Of a DNA stretch of 64,000 nt, positions 1 to 15,000 are shown piece by piece (position 1 is the first letter of the stretch; every line of letters starts with the position of its first letter). This DNA comes from Eledone cirrhosa. Lineage: Eukaryota. The notes under the pieces are model-generated. The model searched no databases, was not told the origin of the DNA, and saw only the letters and a list, made by a program, of their open reading frames with translations. Where the stretch lies: contig OZ024747.1 of assembly GCA_964016885.1 (NCBI GenBank), forward strand, positions 33,232,001 through 33,296,000, written 5' to 3'. A program made the translations under genes and the position numbers.

Positions 1-3000
1 CGTTAGCAACAATACATGTAACAACCATAACAGAAATAACACTAACAACGTTAACAACAATACATGTAACAACCATAATGGAAATAACACTAGCAACGTT
101 AACAACAATACATTAACAACCATAACAGAAATAACACTAACAACGTTAACAACAATACATGTAACAACCAAAACAGAAATAACACTAGTAACGCTAACAA
201 CAATACATGTAACAACCATAAAAGAAATAACACTAACAACGTTAACAACAATACATGTAGCAACCATAACAGAAATAACACTAACAACGTTAACAACAAT
301 ACATGTATCAACCATAAAAGAAATAACACTAGCAACGTTAACAACAATGCATGTAAGAACCATAACAGAAATAACACTAACAACGTTAACAACAATACAT
401 GTAACAACCATAACAGAAATAACACTAACAACGTTAACAACAATATATGTAACAACCATAACAGAAATAACACTAACAACGTTAACAACAATACATCTAA
501 CAAACATAACAGAAATAACACTAACAACGTTAACAACAATACATGTAACAACCATAACAGAAATAAAACTAACAACGATAATAACAATACGTGTAACAAA
601 CATAACAGAATTAACACTAACAACGTTAACAACAACCATAACAGAAATAACACTAGCAACGTTAACAACAATACATGTAACAACCATAACACAAATAACA
701 CTAGTAACGTTAGCAACAATACATGTAACAACCATAACAGAAATAACACTAACAACGTTAACAACAATACATGTAACAACCATAATGGAAATAACACTAG
801 CAACGTTAACAACAATACATTAACAACCATAACGGAAATAACACTAACAACGTTAACAACAACCATAACAGAAATAACACTAGCAACGTTAACAACAATA
901 CATGTAACAACCATAACATAGATAACACTAACAACGTTAACAAAAATACATGTAACAACCTTAACAGAAATAACACTAACAACGTTAACAACAATACATG
1001 TAACAACCATAACAGAAATAACACTAGTAACGTTAACAACAATACATGTAACAACCACAACAGAAATAACACTAACAACGTTAACAACAATACATGTAAC
1101 AACCATAACAGAAATAACACTAGTAACATTAACAACAATACATGTAACAACCATAACAGAAATAACACTAACAACGTTAACAACAATACATGTAACAATC
1201 ATAACAGAAATAACACTAACAACGTTAACAACAATACATGTAACAACCATAACAGAAATAACACTAACAACGTTAACAACAATACATGTAACAACCATAA
1301 CAGAAATAACACTAACAACGTTAACAACAATACATCTAACAAACATAACAGAAATAACACTAACAACGTTAACAACAATACATGTAACAACCATAAAAGA
1401 AATGACACTAGTAACGTTAGCAACAATACATGTAACAACCATAACAGAAATAAAACTAACAACGATAATAACAATACGTGTAACAAACATAACAGAATAT
1501 AACACTAACAACGTTAACAACAACCATAACAGAAATAACACTAGCAACGTTAACGACAATACATGTAACAACAATAACACAAATAACACTAGCAACGTTA
1601 ACAACAATCATGTAACAAACATAACAGAAATAACACTAACAACGTTAACAACAATACATGTAACAACCATAACAGAAATAACACTAACAACGTTAACAAC
1701 AATACATGTAACAACCATAACAGAGATAACACTAACAACGTTAACAAAAATACATGTAACAACCTTAACAGAAATAACACTAACAAGGTTAACAGCAATA
1801 CATGTAACCACCATAAAAGAAATAACACTAACAACGTTAACAACAATACATGTAACAACCATAACAGAAATAACACTAACAACGTTAACAACAATACATG
1901 TATCAACCATAAAAGAAATAACACTGGCAACGTTAACAACAATACATGTAAGAACCATAACAGAAATAACAGTAACAACGTTAACAACAATACATGTAAC
2001 AGCCATAACAGAAATAACACTAACAACGTTAACAAGAATACATGTAACAACAATAACACAAATAACACTAGCAACGTTAACAACAATACATGTAACAACC
2101 ATAACAGAATTAACAGTAACAACGTTAACAATAATACATGTAACAACCATAACAGAAATAACACTAACAACGTTAACAACAATAAATGTAACAACCATAA
2201 CAGAAATAACATTGCAACGTTAACAACAATACATGTAACAACCATAACAGAAATAACACTAGCAACGTTAACAACAATACATGTAACAACCATAACAGAA
2301 ATAACACTAACAACGTTAACAACAATACATGTAACAAACATAACAGAAATAACACTAACAACGTTAACAACAATACATGTAACAACCAGAACAGAAATAA
2401 CACTAACGACGATAACAACAATACTTGTAACAACCGTAACAGAAATAACACTAACAACGTTAACAACAACCATAACAGAAATAACACTATTAACGTTAAC
2501 AACAATACATGTAACAACAATAACAGAAATAACACTAACAACGTTAACAACAATACATGTAACAACCATAACAGAAATAACACTAGTAACATTAACAACA
2601 ATACATGTAACAACCATAACAGAAATAACACTAGTAACGTTAACAACAATACATGTAACAACCATAACAGAAATAACACTAGTAACGTTAACAACAATAC
2701 ATGTAACAACCATAACAGAAACAACACTAACAACGTTAACAACAATACATGTAACAACCATAACAGAAATAACACTAACAACGTTAACAACAATACATGT
2801 AACAACCATAACATAGATAACACTAACAACGTTAACAAAAATACATGTAACAACCTTAACAGAAATAACACTAACAACGTTAACAACAATACATGTAACA
2901 ACCATAACAGAAATAACACTAGTAACGTTAACAACAATACACGTAACAACCATAACAGAAATAACACTAACAACGTTAACAACAATACATGTAACAACCA

Positions 3001-6000
3001 AAACAGAAATAACACTAGTAACGTTAACAACAATACATGTAACAACCATAAAAGAAATAACACTAACAACGTTAACAACAATACATGTAGCAACCATAAC
3101 AGAAATAACACTAACAACGTTAACAACAATACATGTATCAACCATAAAAGAAATAACACTAGCAACGTTAACAACAATACATGTAAGAACCATAACAGAA
3201 ATAACACTAACAACGTTAACAACAATACATGTAAGAACCATAACAGAAATAACACTAACAACGTTAACAACAATACATGTAACAACCATAACAGAAATAA
3301 CACTAACAACGTTAACAACAATACATCTAACAAACATAACAGAAATAACACTAACAACGTTAACAACAATACATGTAACAACCATAACAGAAATAAAACT
3401 AACAACGATAATAACAATACGTGTAACAAACATAACAGAATTAACACTAACAACGTTAACAACAACCATAACAGAAATAACACTAGCAACGTTAACAACA
3501 ATACATGTAACAACCATAACACAAATAACACTAGCAACGTTAACAACAATACATGTAACAACCATAACACAAATAACACTAGCAACGTTAACAACAATAT
3601 ATGTAACAAACATAACAGAAATAACACTAACAACGTTAACACCAATACATGTAACAACCATAACAGAAATAACACTAACAACGTTAACAACAATACATGT
3701 AACAACCATAACAGAGATAACACTAAAAACGTTAACAAAAATACATGTAACAACCTTAACAGAAATAACATTAACAACGTTAACAACAATACATGTAACC
3801 ACCATAAAAGAAATAACACTAACAACGTTAACAACAATACATGTAACAACCATAACAGAAATAACACTAACAACGTTAACAACAATACATGTATCAACCA
3901 TAACAGAAATAACACTAGCAACGTTAACAACAATACATGTAAGAACCATAACAGAAATAACAGTAACAACGTTAACAACAATACATGTAACAACCATAAC
4001 AGAAATAACATTGCAACGTTAACAACAATACATGTAACAACCATAACAGAAATAACACTAGCAACGTTAACAACAATACATGTAACAACCATAACAGAAA
4101 TAACACTAACAACGTTAACAACAATACATGTAACAACCATAACAGAAATAACACTAACAACGTTAACAACAATACATGTAACAACCAAAACAGAAATAAC
4201 ACTAGTAACGTTAGCAACAATACATGTAACAACCATAACAGAAATAACACTAACAACGTTAACAACAATACATGTAACAACCATAATGGAAATAACACTA
4301 GCAACGTTAACAACAATACATTAACAACCATAACGGAAATAACACTAACAACGTTAACAACAACCATAACAGAAATAACACTAGCAACGTTAACAACAAT
4401 ACATGTAACAACCATAACATAGATAACACTAACAACGTTAACAAAAATACATGTAACAACCTTAACAGAAATAACACTAACAACGTTAACAACAATACAT
4501 GTAACAACCATAACAGAAATAACACTAGTAACGTTAACAACAATACATGTAACAACCATAACAGAAATAACACTAACAACGTTAACAACAATACATGTAA
4601 CAACCATAACAGAAATAACACTAGTAACATTAACAACAATACATGTAACAACCATAACAGAAATAACACTAACAACGTTAACAACAATACATGTAACAAT
4701 CATAACAGAAATAACACTAACAACGTTAACAACAATACATGTAACAACCATAACAGAAATAACACTAACAACGTTAACAACAATACATCTAACAAACATA
4801 ACAGAAATAACACTAACAACGTTAACAACAATACATGTAACAACCATAAAAGAAATGACACTAGTAACGTTAGCAACAATACATGTAACAACCATAACAG
4901 AAATAAAACTAACAACGATAATAACAATACGTGTAACAAACATAACAGAATTAACACTAACAACGTTAACAACAACCATAACAGAAATAACACTAGCAAC
5001 GTTAACGACAATACATGTAACAACCATAACACAAATAACACTAGCAACGTTAACAACAATACATGTAACAAACATAACAGAAATAACACTAACAACGTTA
5101 ACAACAATACATGTAACAACCATAACAGAAATAACACTAACAACGTTAACAACAATACATGTAACAACCATAACAGAGATAACACTAACAACGTTAACAA
5201 AAATACATGTAACAACCTTAACAGAAATAACACTAACAACGTTAACAGCAATACATGTAACCACCATAAAAGAAATAACACAAACAACGTTAACAACAAT
5301 ACATGTAACAACCATAACAGAAATAACACTAACAACGTTAACAACAATACATGTATCAACCATAAAAGAAATAACACTGGCAACGTTAACAACAATACAT
5401 GTAAGAACCATAACAGAAATAACACTAACAACGTTAACAACAATACATGTAACAACCATAACAGAAATAACACTAACAACGTTAACAACAATACATGTAA
5501 CAACCATAACAGAAATAACACTAACAACGTTAACAACAATACATCTAACAAACATAACAGAAATAACACTAACAACGTTAACAACAATACATGTAACAAC
5601 CATAACAGAAATAAAACTAACAACGATAATAACAATACGTGTAACAAACATAACAGAATTAACACTAACAACGTTAACAACAACCATAACAGAAATAACA
5701 CTAGCAACGTTAACAACAATACATGTAACAACCATAACACAAATAATACTAGCAACGTTAACAACAATACATGTAACAACCATAACACAAATAACACTAG
5801 CAACGTTAACAACAATACATGTAACAAACATAACAGAAATAACACTAACAACGTTAACACCAATACATGTAACAACCATAACAGAAATAACACTAACAAC
5901 GTTAACAACAATACATGTATCAACCATAACAGAAATAACACTAGCAACGTTAACAACAATACATGTAAGAACCATAACAGAAATAACACTAACAACGTTA

Positions 6001-9000
6001 ACAACAATACATGTAACAACCAAAACAGAAATAACACTAGTAACGTTAGCAACAATACATGTAACAACCATAACAGAAATAACACTAACAACGTTAACAA
6101 CAATACATGTAACAACCATAATGGAAATAACACTAGCAACGTTAACAACAATACATTAACAACCATAACGGAAATAACACTAACAACGTTAACAACAACC
6201 ATAACAGAAATAACACTAGCAACGTTAACAACAATACATGTAACAACCATAACATAGATAACACTAACAACGTTAACAAAAATACATGTAACAACCTTAA
6301 CAGAAATAACACTAACAACGTTAACAACAATACATGTAACAACCATAACAGAAATAACACTAGTAACGTTAACAACAATACATGTAACAACCATAACAGA
6401 AATAACACTAACAACGTTAACAACAATACATGTAACAACCATAACAGAAATAACACTAGTAACATTAACAACAATACATGTAACAACCATAACAGAAATA
6501 ACACTAACAACGTTAACAACAATACATGTAATATTCATAACAGAAATAACACTAACAACGTTAACAACAATACATGTAACAACCATAACAGAAATAACAC
6601 TAACAACGTTAACAACAATACATGTAACAACCATAACAGAAATAACACTAACAACGTTAACAACAATACATCTAACAATCATAACAGAAATAACACTAAC
6701 AACGTTAGCAACAATACATGTAACAACCATAACAGAAATAAAACTAACAACGATAATAACAATACGTGTAACAAACATAACAGAATTAACACTAACACCG
6801 TTAACAACAACCATAACAGAAATAACACTAGCAACGTTAACGACAATACATGTAACAACCATAACACAAATAACACTAGCAACGTTAACAACAATACATG
6901 TAACAAACATAACAGAAATAACACTAACAACGTTAACAACAATACATGTAACAACCATAACAGAAATAACACTAACAACGTTAACAACAATACATGTAAC
7001 AACCATAACAGAGATAACACTAACAACGTTAACAAAAATACATGTAACAACCTTAACAGAAATAACACTAACAACGTTAACAGCAATACATGTAACCACC
7101 ATAAAAGAAATAACACTAACAACGTTAACAACAATACATGTAACAACCATAACAGAAATAACACTAACAACGTTAACAACAATACATGTATCAACCATAA
7201 AAGAAATAACACTGGCAACGTTAACAACAATACATGTAAGAACCATAACAGAAATAACACTAACAACGTTAACAACAATACATGTAACAACCATAACAGA
7301 AATAACACTAACAACGTTAACAACAATACATGTAACAACCATAACAGAAATAACACTAACAACGTTAACAACAATACATCTAACAAACATAACAGAAATA
7401 ACACTAACAACGTTAACAACAATACATGTAACAACCATAACAGAAATAAAACTAACAACGATAATAACAATACGTGTAACAAACATAACAGAATTAACAC
7501 TAACAACGTTAACATCAACCATAACAGAAATAACACTAGCAACGTTAACAACAATACATGTAACAACCATAACACAAATAACACTAGCAACGTTAACAAC
7601 AATACATGTAACAACCATAACACAAATAACACTAGCAACGTTAACAACAATACATGTAACAAACATAACAGAAATAACACTAACAACGTTAACACCAATA
7701 CATGTAACAACCATAACAGAAATAACACTAACAACGTTAACAACAATACATGTAACAACCATAACAGAGATAACACTAAAAACGTTAACAAAAATACATG
7801 TAACAACCTTAACAGAAATAACATTAACAACGTTAACAACAATACATGTAACCACCATAAAAGAAATAACACTAACAACGTTAACAACAATACATGTAAC
7901 AACCATAACAGAAATAACACTAACAACGTTAACAACAATACATGTATCAACCATAACAGAAATAACACTAGCAACGTTAACAACAATACATGTAAGAACC
8001 ATAACAGAAATAACAGTAACAACGTTAACAACAATACATGTAACAACCATAACAGAATTAACATTGCAACGTTAACAACAATACATGTAACAACAATAAC
8101 AGAAATAACACTAGCAACGTTAACAACAATACATGTAACAACCATAACAGAAATAACACTAACAACGTTAACAACAATACATGTAACAACCATAACAGAA
8201 ATAACACTAACAACGTTAACAACAATACATGTAACAACCAAAACAGAAATAACACTAGTAACGCTAGCAACAATACATGTAACAACCATAACAGAAATAA
8301 CACTAACAACGTTAACAACAATACATGTAACAACCATAATGGAAATAACACTAGCAACGTTAACAACAATACATTAACAACCATAACGGAAATAACACTA
8401 ACAACGTTAACAACAACCATAACAGAAATAACACTAGCAACGTTAACAACAATACATGTAACAACCATAACATAGATAACACTAACAACGTTAACAAAAA
8501 TACATGTAACAACCTTAACAGAAATAACACTAACAACGTTAACAACAATACATGTAACAACCATAACAGAAATAACACTAGTAACGTTAACAACAATACA
8601 TGTAACAACCATAACAGAAATAACACTAACAACGTTAACAACAATACATGTAACAACCATAACAGAAATAACACTAGTAACATTAACAACAATACATGTA
8701 ACAACCATAACAGAAATAACACTAACAACGTTAACAACAATACATGTAACAATCATAACAGAAATAACACTAACAACGTTAACAACAATACATGTAACAA
8801 CCATAACAGAAATAACACTAACAACGTTAACAACAATACATGTAACAACCATAACAGAAATAACACTAACAACGTTAACAACAATACATCTAACAAACAT
8901 AACAGAAATAACACTAACAACGTTAACAACAATACATGTAACAACCATAAAAGAAATGACACTAGTAACGTTAGCAACAATACATGTAACAACCATAACA

Positions 9001-12000
9001 GAAATAAAGCTAACAACGATAATAACAATACGTGTAACAAACATAACAGAATTAACACTAACACCGTTAACAACAACCATAACAGAAATAACACTAGCAA
9101 CGTTAACGACAATACATGTAACAACCATAACACAAATAACACTAGCAACGTTAACAACAATACATGTAACAAACATAACAGAAATAACACTAACAACGTT
9201 AACAACAATACATGTAACAACCATAACAGAAATAACACTAACAACGTTAACAACAATACATGTAACAACCATAACAGAGATAACACTAACAACGTTAACA
9301 AAAATACATGTAACAACCTTAACAGAAATAACACTAACAACGTTAACAGCAATACATGTAACCACCATAAAAGAAATAACACTAACAACGTTAACAACAT
9401 TACATGTAACAACCATAACAGAAATAACACTAACAACGTTAACAACAATACATGTATCAACCATAAAAGAAATAACACTGGCAACGTTAACAACAATACA
9501 TGTAAGAACCATAACAGAAATAACACTAACAACGTTAACAACAATACATGTAACAACCATAACAGAAATAACACTAACAACGTTAACAACACTACATGTA
9601 ACAACCATAACAGAAATAACACTAACAACGTTAACAACAATACATCTAACAAACATAACAGAAATAACACTAACAACGTTAACAACAATACATGTAACAA
9701 CCATAACAGAAATAAAACTAACAACGATAATAACAATACGTGTAACAAACATAACAGAATTAACACTAACAACGTTAACAACAACCATAACAGAAATAAC
9801 ACTAGCAACGTTAACAACAATACATGTAACAACCATAACACAAATAACACTAGCAACGTTAACAACAATACATGTAACAACCATAACACAAATAACACTA
9901 GCAACGTTAACAACAATACATGTAACAAACATAACAGAAATAACACTAACAACGTTAACACCAATACATGTAACAACCATAACAGAAATAACACTAACAA
10001 CGTTAACAACAATACATGTAACAACCATAACAGAGATAACACTAAAACGTTAACAAAAATACATGTAACAACCTTAACAGAAATAACATTAACAACGTTA
10101 ACAACAATACATGTAACCACCATAAAAGAAATAACACTAACAACGTTAACAACAATACATGTAACAACCATAACAGAAATAACACTAACAACGTTAACAA
10201 CAATACATGTGTCAACCATAACAGAAATAACACTAGCAACGTTAACAACAATACATGTAAGAACCATAACAGAAATAACAGTAACAACGTTAACAACAAT
10301 ACATGTAACAACCATAACAGAAATAACATTGCAACGTTAACAACAATACATGTAACAACCATAACAGAAATAACACTAGCAACGTTAACAACAATACATG
10401 TAACAACCATAACAGAAATAACACTAACAACGTTAACAACAATACATGTAACAACCATAACAGAAATAACACTAACAACCTTAACAACAATACATGTAAC
10501 AACCAAAACAGAAATAACACTAGTAACGTTAGCAACAATACATGTAACAACCATAACAGAAATAACACTAACAACGTTAACAACAATACATGTAACAACC
10601 ATAATGGAAATAACACTAGCAACGTTAACAACAATACATTAACAACCATAACGGAAATAACACTAACAACGTTAACAACAACCATAACAGAAATAACACT
10701 AGCAACGTTAACAACAATACATGTAACAACCATAACATAGATAACACTAACAACGTTAACAAAAATACATGTAACAACCTTAACAGAAATAACACTAACA
10801 ACGTTAACAACAATACATGTAACAACCATAACAGAAATAACACTAGTAACGTTAACAACAATACATGTAACAACCATAACAGAAATAACACTAACAACGT
10901 TAACAACAATACATGTAACAACCATAACAGAAATAACACTAGTAACATTAACAACAATACATGTAACAACCATAACAGAAATAACACTAACAACGTTAAC
11001 AACAATACATGTAACAATCATAACAGAAATAACACTAACAACGTTAACAACAATACATGTAACAACCATAACAGAAATAACACTAACAACGTTAACAACA
11101 ATACATGTAACAACCATAACAGAAATAACACTAACAACGTTAACAACAATACATCTAACAAACATAACAGAAATAACACTAACAACGTTAACAACAATAC
11201 ATGTAACAACCATAAAAGAAATGACACTAGTAACGTTAGCAACAATACATGTAACAACCATAACAGAAATAAAACTAACAACGATAATAACAATACGTGT
11301 AACAAACATAACAGAATTAACACTAACAACGTTAACAACAACCATAACAGAAATAACACTAGCAACGTTAACGACAATACATGTAACAACCATAACACAA
11401 ATAACACTAGCAACGTTAACAACAATACATGTAACAAACATAACAGAAATAACACTAACAACGTTAACAACAATACATGTAACAACCATAACAGAAATAA
11501 CACTAACAACGTTAACAACAATACATGTAACAACCATAACAGAGATAACACTAACAACGTTAACAAAAATACATGTAACAACCTTAACAGAAATAACACT
11601 AACAACGTTAACAGCAATACATGTAACCACCATAAAAGAAATAACACTAACAACGTTAACAACAATACATGTAACAACCATAACAGAAATAACACTAACA
11701 ACGTTAACAAAAATACATGTATCAACCATAACAGAAATAACACTGGCAACGTTAACAACAATACATGTAACAACCATAACAGAAATAACAGTAACAACGT
11801 TAACAACAATACATGTAACAGCCATAACAGAAATAACACTAACAACGTTAACAAGAATACATGTAACAACAATAACAGAAATAACACTAGCAACGTTAAC
11901 AACAATACATGTAACAAACATAACAGAAATAACACTAACAACGTTAACAACAATACATGTAACAACCATAACAGAAATAACACTAACAACGTTAACAACA

Positions 12001-15000
12001 ATACATGTAACAACCATAACAGAGATAACACTAACAACGTTAACAAAAATACATGTAACAACCTTAACAGAAATAACATTAACAACGTTAACAACAATAC
12101 ATGTAACCACCATAAAAGAAATAACACTAACAACGTTAACAACAATACATGTAACAACCATAACAGAAATAACACTAACAACGTTAACAACAATACATGT
12201 ATCAACCATAACAGAAATAACACTAGCAACGTTAACAACAATACATGTAAGAACCATAACAGAAATAACAGTAACAACGTTAACAACAATACATGTAACA
12301 ACCATAACAGAAATAACATTGCAACGTTAACAACAATACATGTAAGAACCATAACAGAAATAACACTAGCAACGTTAACAACAATACATGTAACAACCAT
12401 AACAGAAATAACACTAACAACGTTAACAACAATACATGTAACAACCATAACAGAAATAACACTAACAACGTTAACAACAATACATGTAACAACCAAAACA
12501 GAAATAACACTAGTAACGTTAGCAACAATACATGTAACAACCATAACAGAAATAACACTAACAACGTTAACAACAATACATGTAACAACCATAATGGAAA
12601 TAACACTAGCAACGTTAACAACAATACATTAACAACCTTAACGGAAATAACACTAACAACGTTAACAACAACCATAACAGAAATAATACTAGCAACGTTA
12701 ACAACAATACATGTAACAACCATAACATAGATAACACTAACAACGTTAACAAAAATACATGTAACAACCTTAACAGAAATAACACTAACAACGTTAACAA
12801 CAATACATGTAACAACCATAACAGAAATAACACTAGTAACGTTAACAACAATACATGTAACAACCATAACAGAAGTAACACTAACAACGTTAACAACAAT
12901 ACATGTAACAACCATAACAGAAATAACACTAGTAACATTAACAACAATACATGTAACAACCATAACAGAAATAACACTAACAACGTTAACAACAATACAT
13001 GTAACAATCATAACAGAAATAACACTAACAACGTTAACAACAATACATGTAACAACCATAACAGAAATAACACTAACAACGTTAACAACAATACATCTAA
13101 CAAACATAACAGAAATAACACTAACAACGTTAACAACAATACATGTAACAACCATAAAAGAAATGACACTAGTAACGTTAGCAACAATACATGTAACAAC
13201 CATAACAGAAATAAAACTAACAACGATAATAACAATACGTGTAACAAACATAACAGAATTAACACTAACAACGTTAACAACAACCATAACAGAAATAACA
13301 CTAGCAACGTTAACAACAATACATGTATCAAACATAACAGAAATAACACTAACAACGTTAACAACAATACATGTAACAACCATAACAGAAATAACACTAA
13401 CAACGTTAACAACAATACATGTAACAACCATAACAGAGATAACACTAACAACGTTAACAAAAATACATGTAACAACCTTAACAGAAATAACACTAACAAC
13501 GTTAACAGCAATACATTTAACCACCATAAAAGAAATAACACTAACAACGTTAACAACAATACATGTAACAACCATAACAGAAATAACACTAACAACGTTA
13601 ACAACAATACATTTATCAACCATAAAAGAAATAACACTGGCAACGTTAACAACAATACATGTAAGAACCATAACAGAAATAACAGTAACTACGTTAACAA
13701 CAATACATGTAACAGCCATAACTGAAATAACACTAACAACGTTAACAAGAATACATGTAACATCAATAACAGAAATAACACTAGCAACGTTAACAACAAT
13801 ACATGTAACAACCATAACAGAATTAACAGTAACAACGTTAACAACAATACATGTAACAACCATAACAGAAATAACACTAACAACGTTAACAACAATAAAT
13901 GTAACAACCATAACAGAAATAACATTGCAACGTTAACAACAATACATGTAACAACCATAACAGAAATAACACTAGCAACGTTAACAACAATACATGTAAC
14001 AACCATAACAGAAATAACACTAACAACGTTAACAACAATACATGTAACAAACATAACAGAAATAACACTAACAACGTTAACCACAATACATGTAACAACC
14101 AGAACAGAAATAACACTAACGACGATAACAACAATACTTGTAACAACCATAACAGAAATAACACTAACGACGTTAACAACAACCATAACAGAAATAACAC
14201 TAGCAACGTTAACAACAATACATGTAACAACCATAACAGAAATAACACTAACAACGTTAACAACAATACATGTAACAACCATAACAGAAATAACACTAGT
14301 AACATTAACAACAATACATGTAACAACCATAACAGAAATAACACTAGTAACGTTAACAACAATACATGTAACAACCATAACAGAAATAACACTAGTAACG
14401 TTAACAACAATACATGTAACAACCATAACAGAAACAACACTAACAACGTTAACAACAATACATGTAACAACCATAACAGAAATAACACTAACAACGTTAA
14501 CAACAATACATGTAACAACCATAACATAGATAACACTAACAACGTTAACAAAAATACATGTAACAACCTTAACAGAAATAACACTAACAACGTTAACAAC
14601 AATACATGTAACAACCATAACAGAAATAACACTAGTAACGTTAACAACAATACACGTAACAACCATAACAGAAATAACACTAACAACGTTAACAACAATA
14701 CATGTAACAACCAAAACAGAAATAACACTAGTAACGTTAACAACAATACATGTAACAACCATAAAAGAAATAACACTAACAACGTTAACAACAATACATG
14801 TAGCAACCATAACAGAAATAACACTAACAACGTTAACAACGATACATGTATCAACCATAAAAGAAATAACACTAGCAACGTTAACAACAATACACGTAAG
14901 AACCATAACAGAAATAACAGTAACAACGTTAACAACAATACATCTAACAACCATAACAGAAATAACACTAGCAACATGAACAACAATACATGTAACAGCC

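Noticed and set aside
1499-1609. Compensating +1/-1 indels that restore frame
   Set aside because: They are private to this copy, like the singleton indels at ~10045, 17691, 34579, 57131 and 60619. Sequencing error or chance is as likely as selection.
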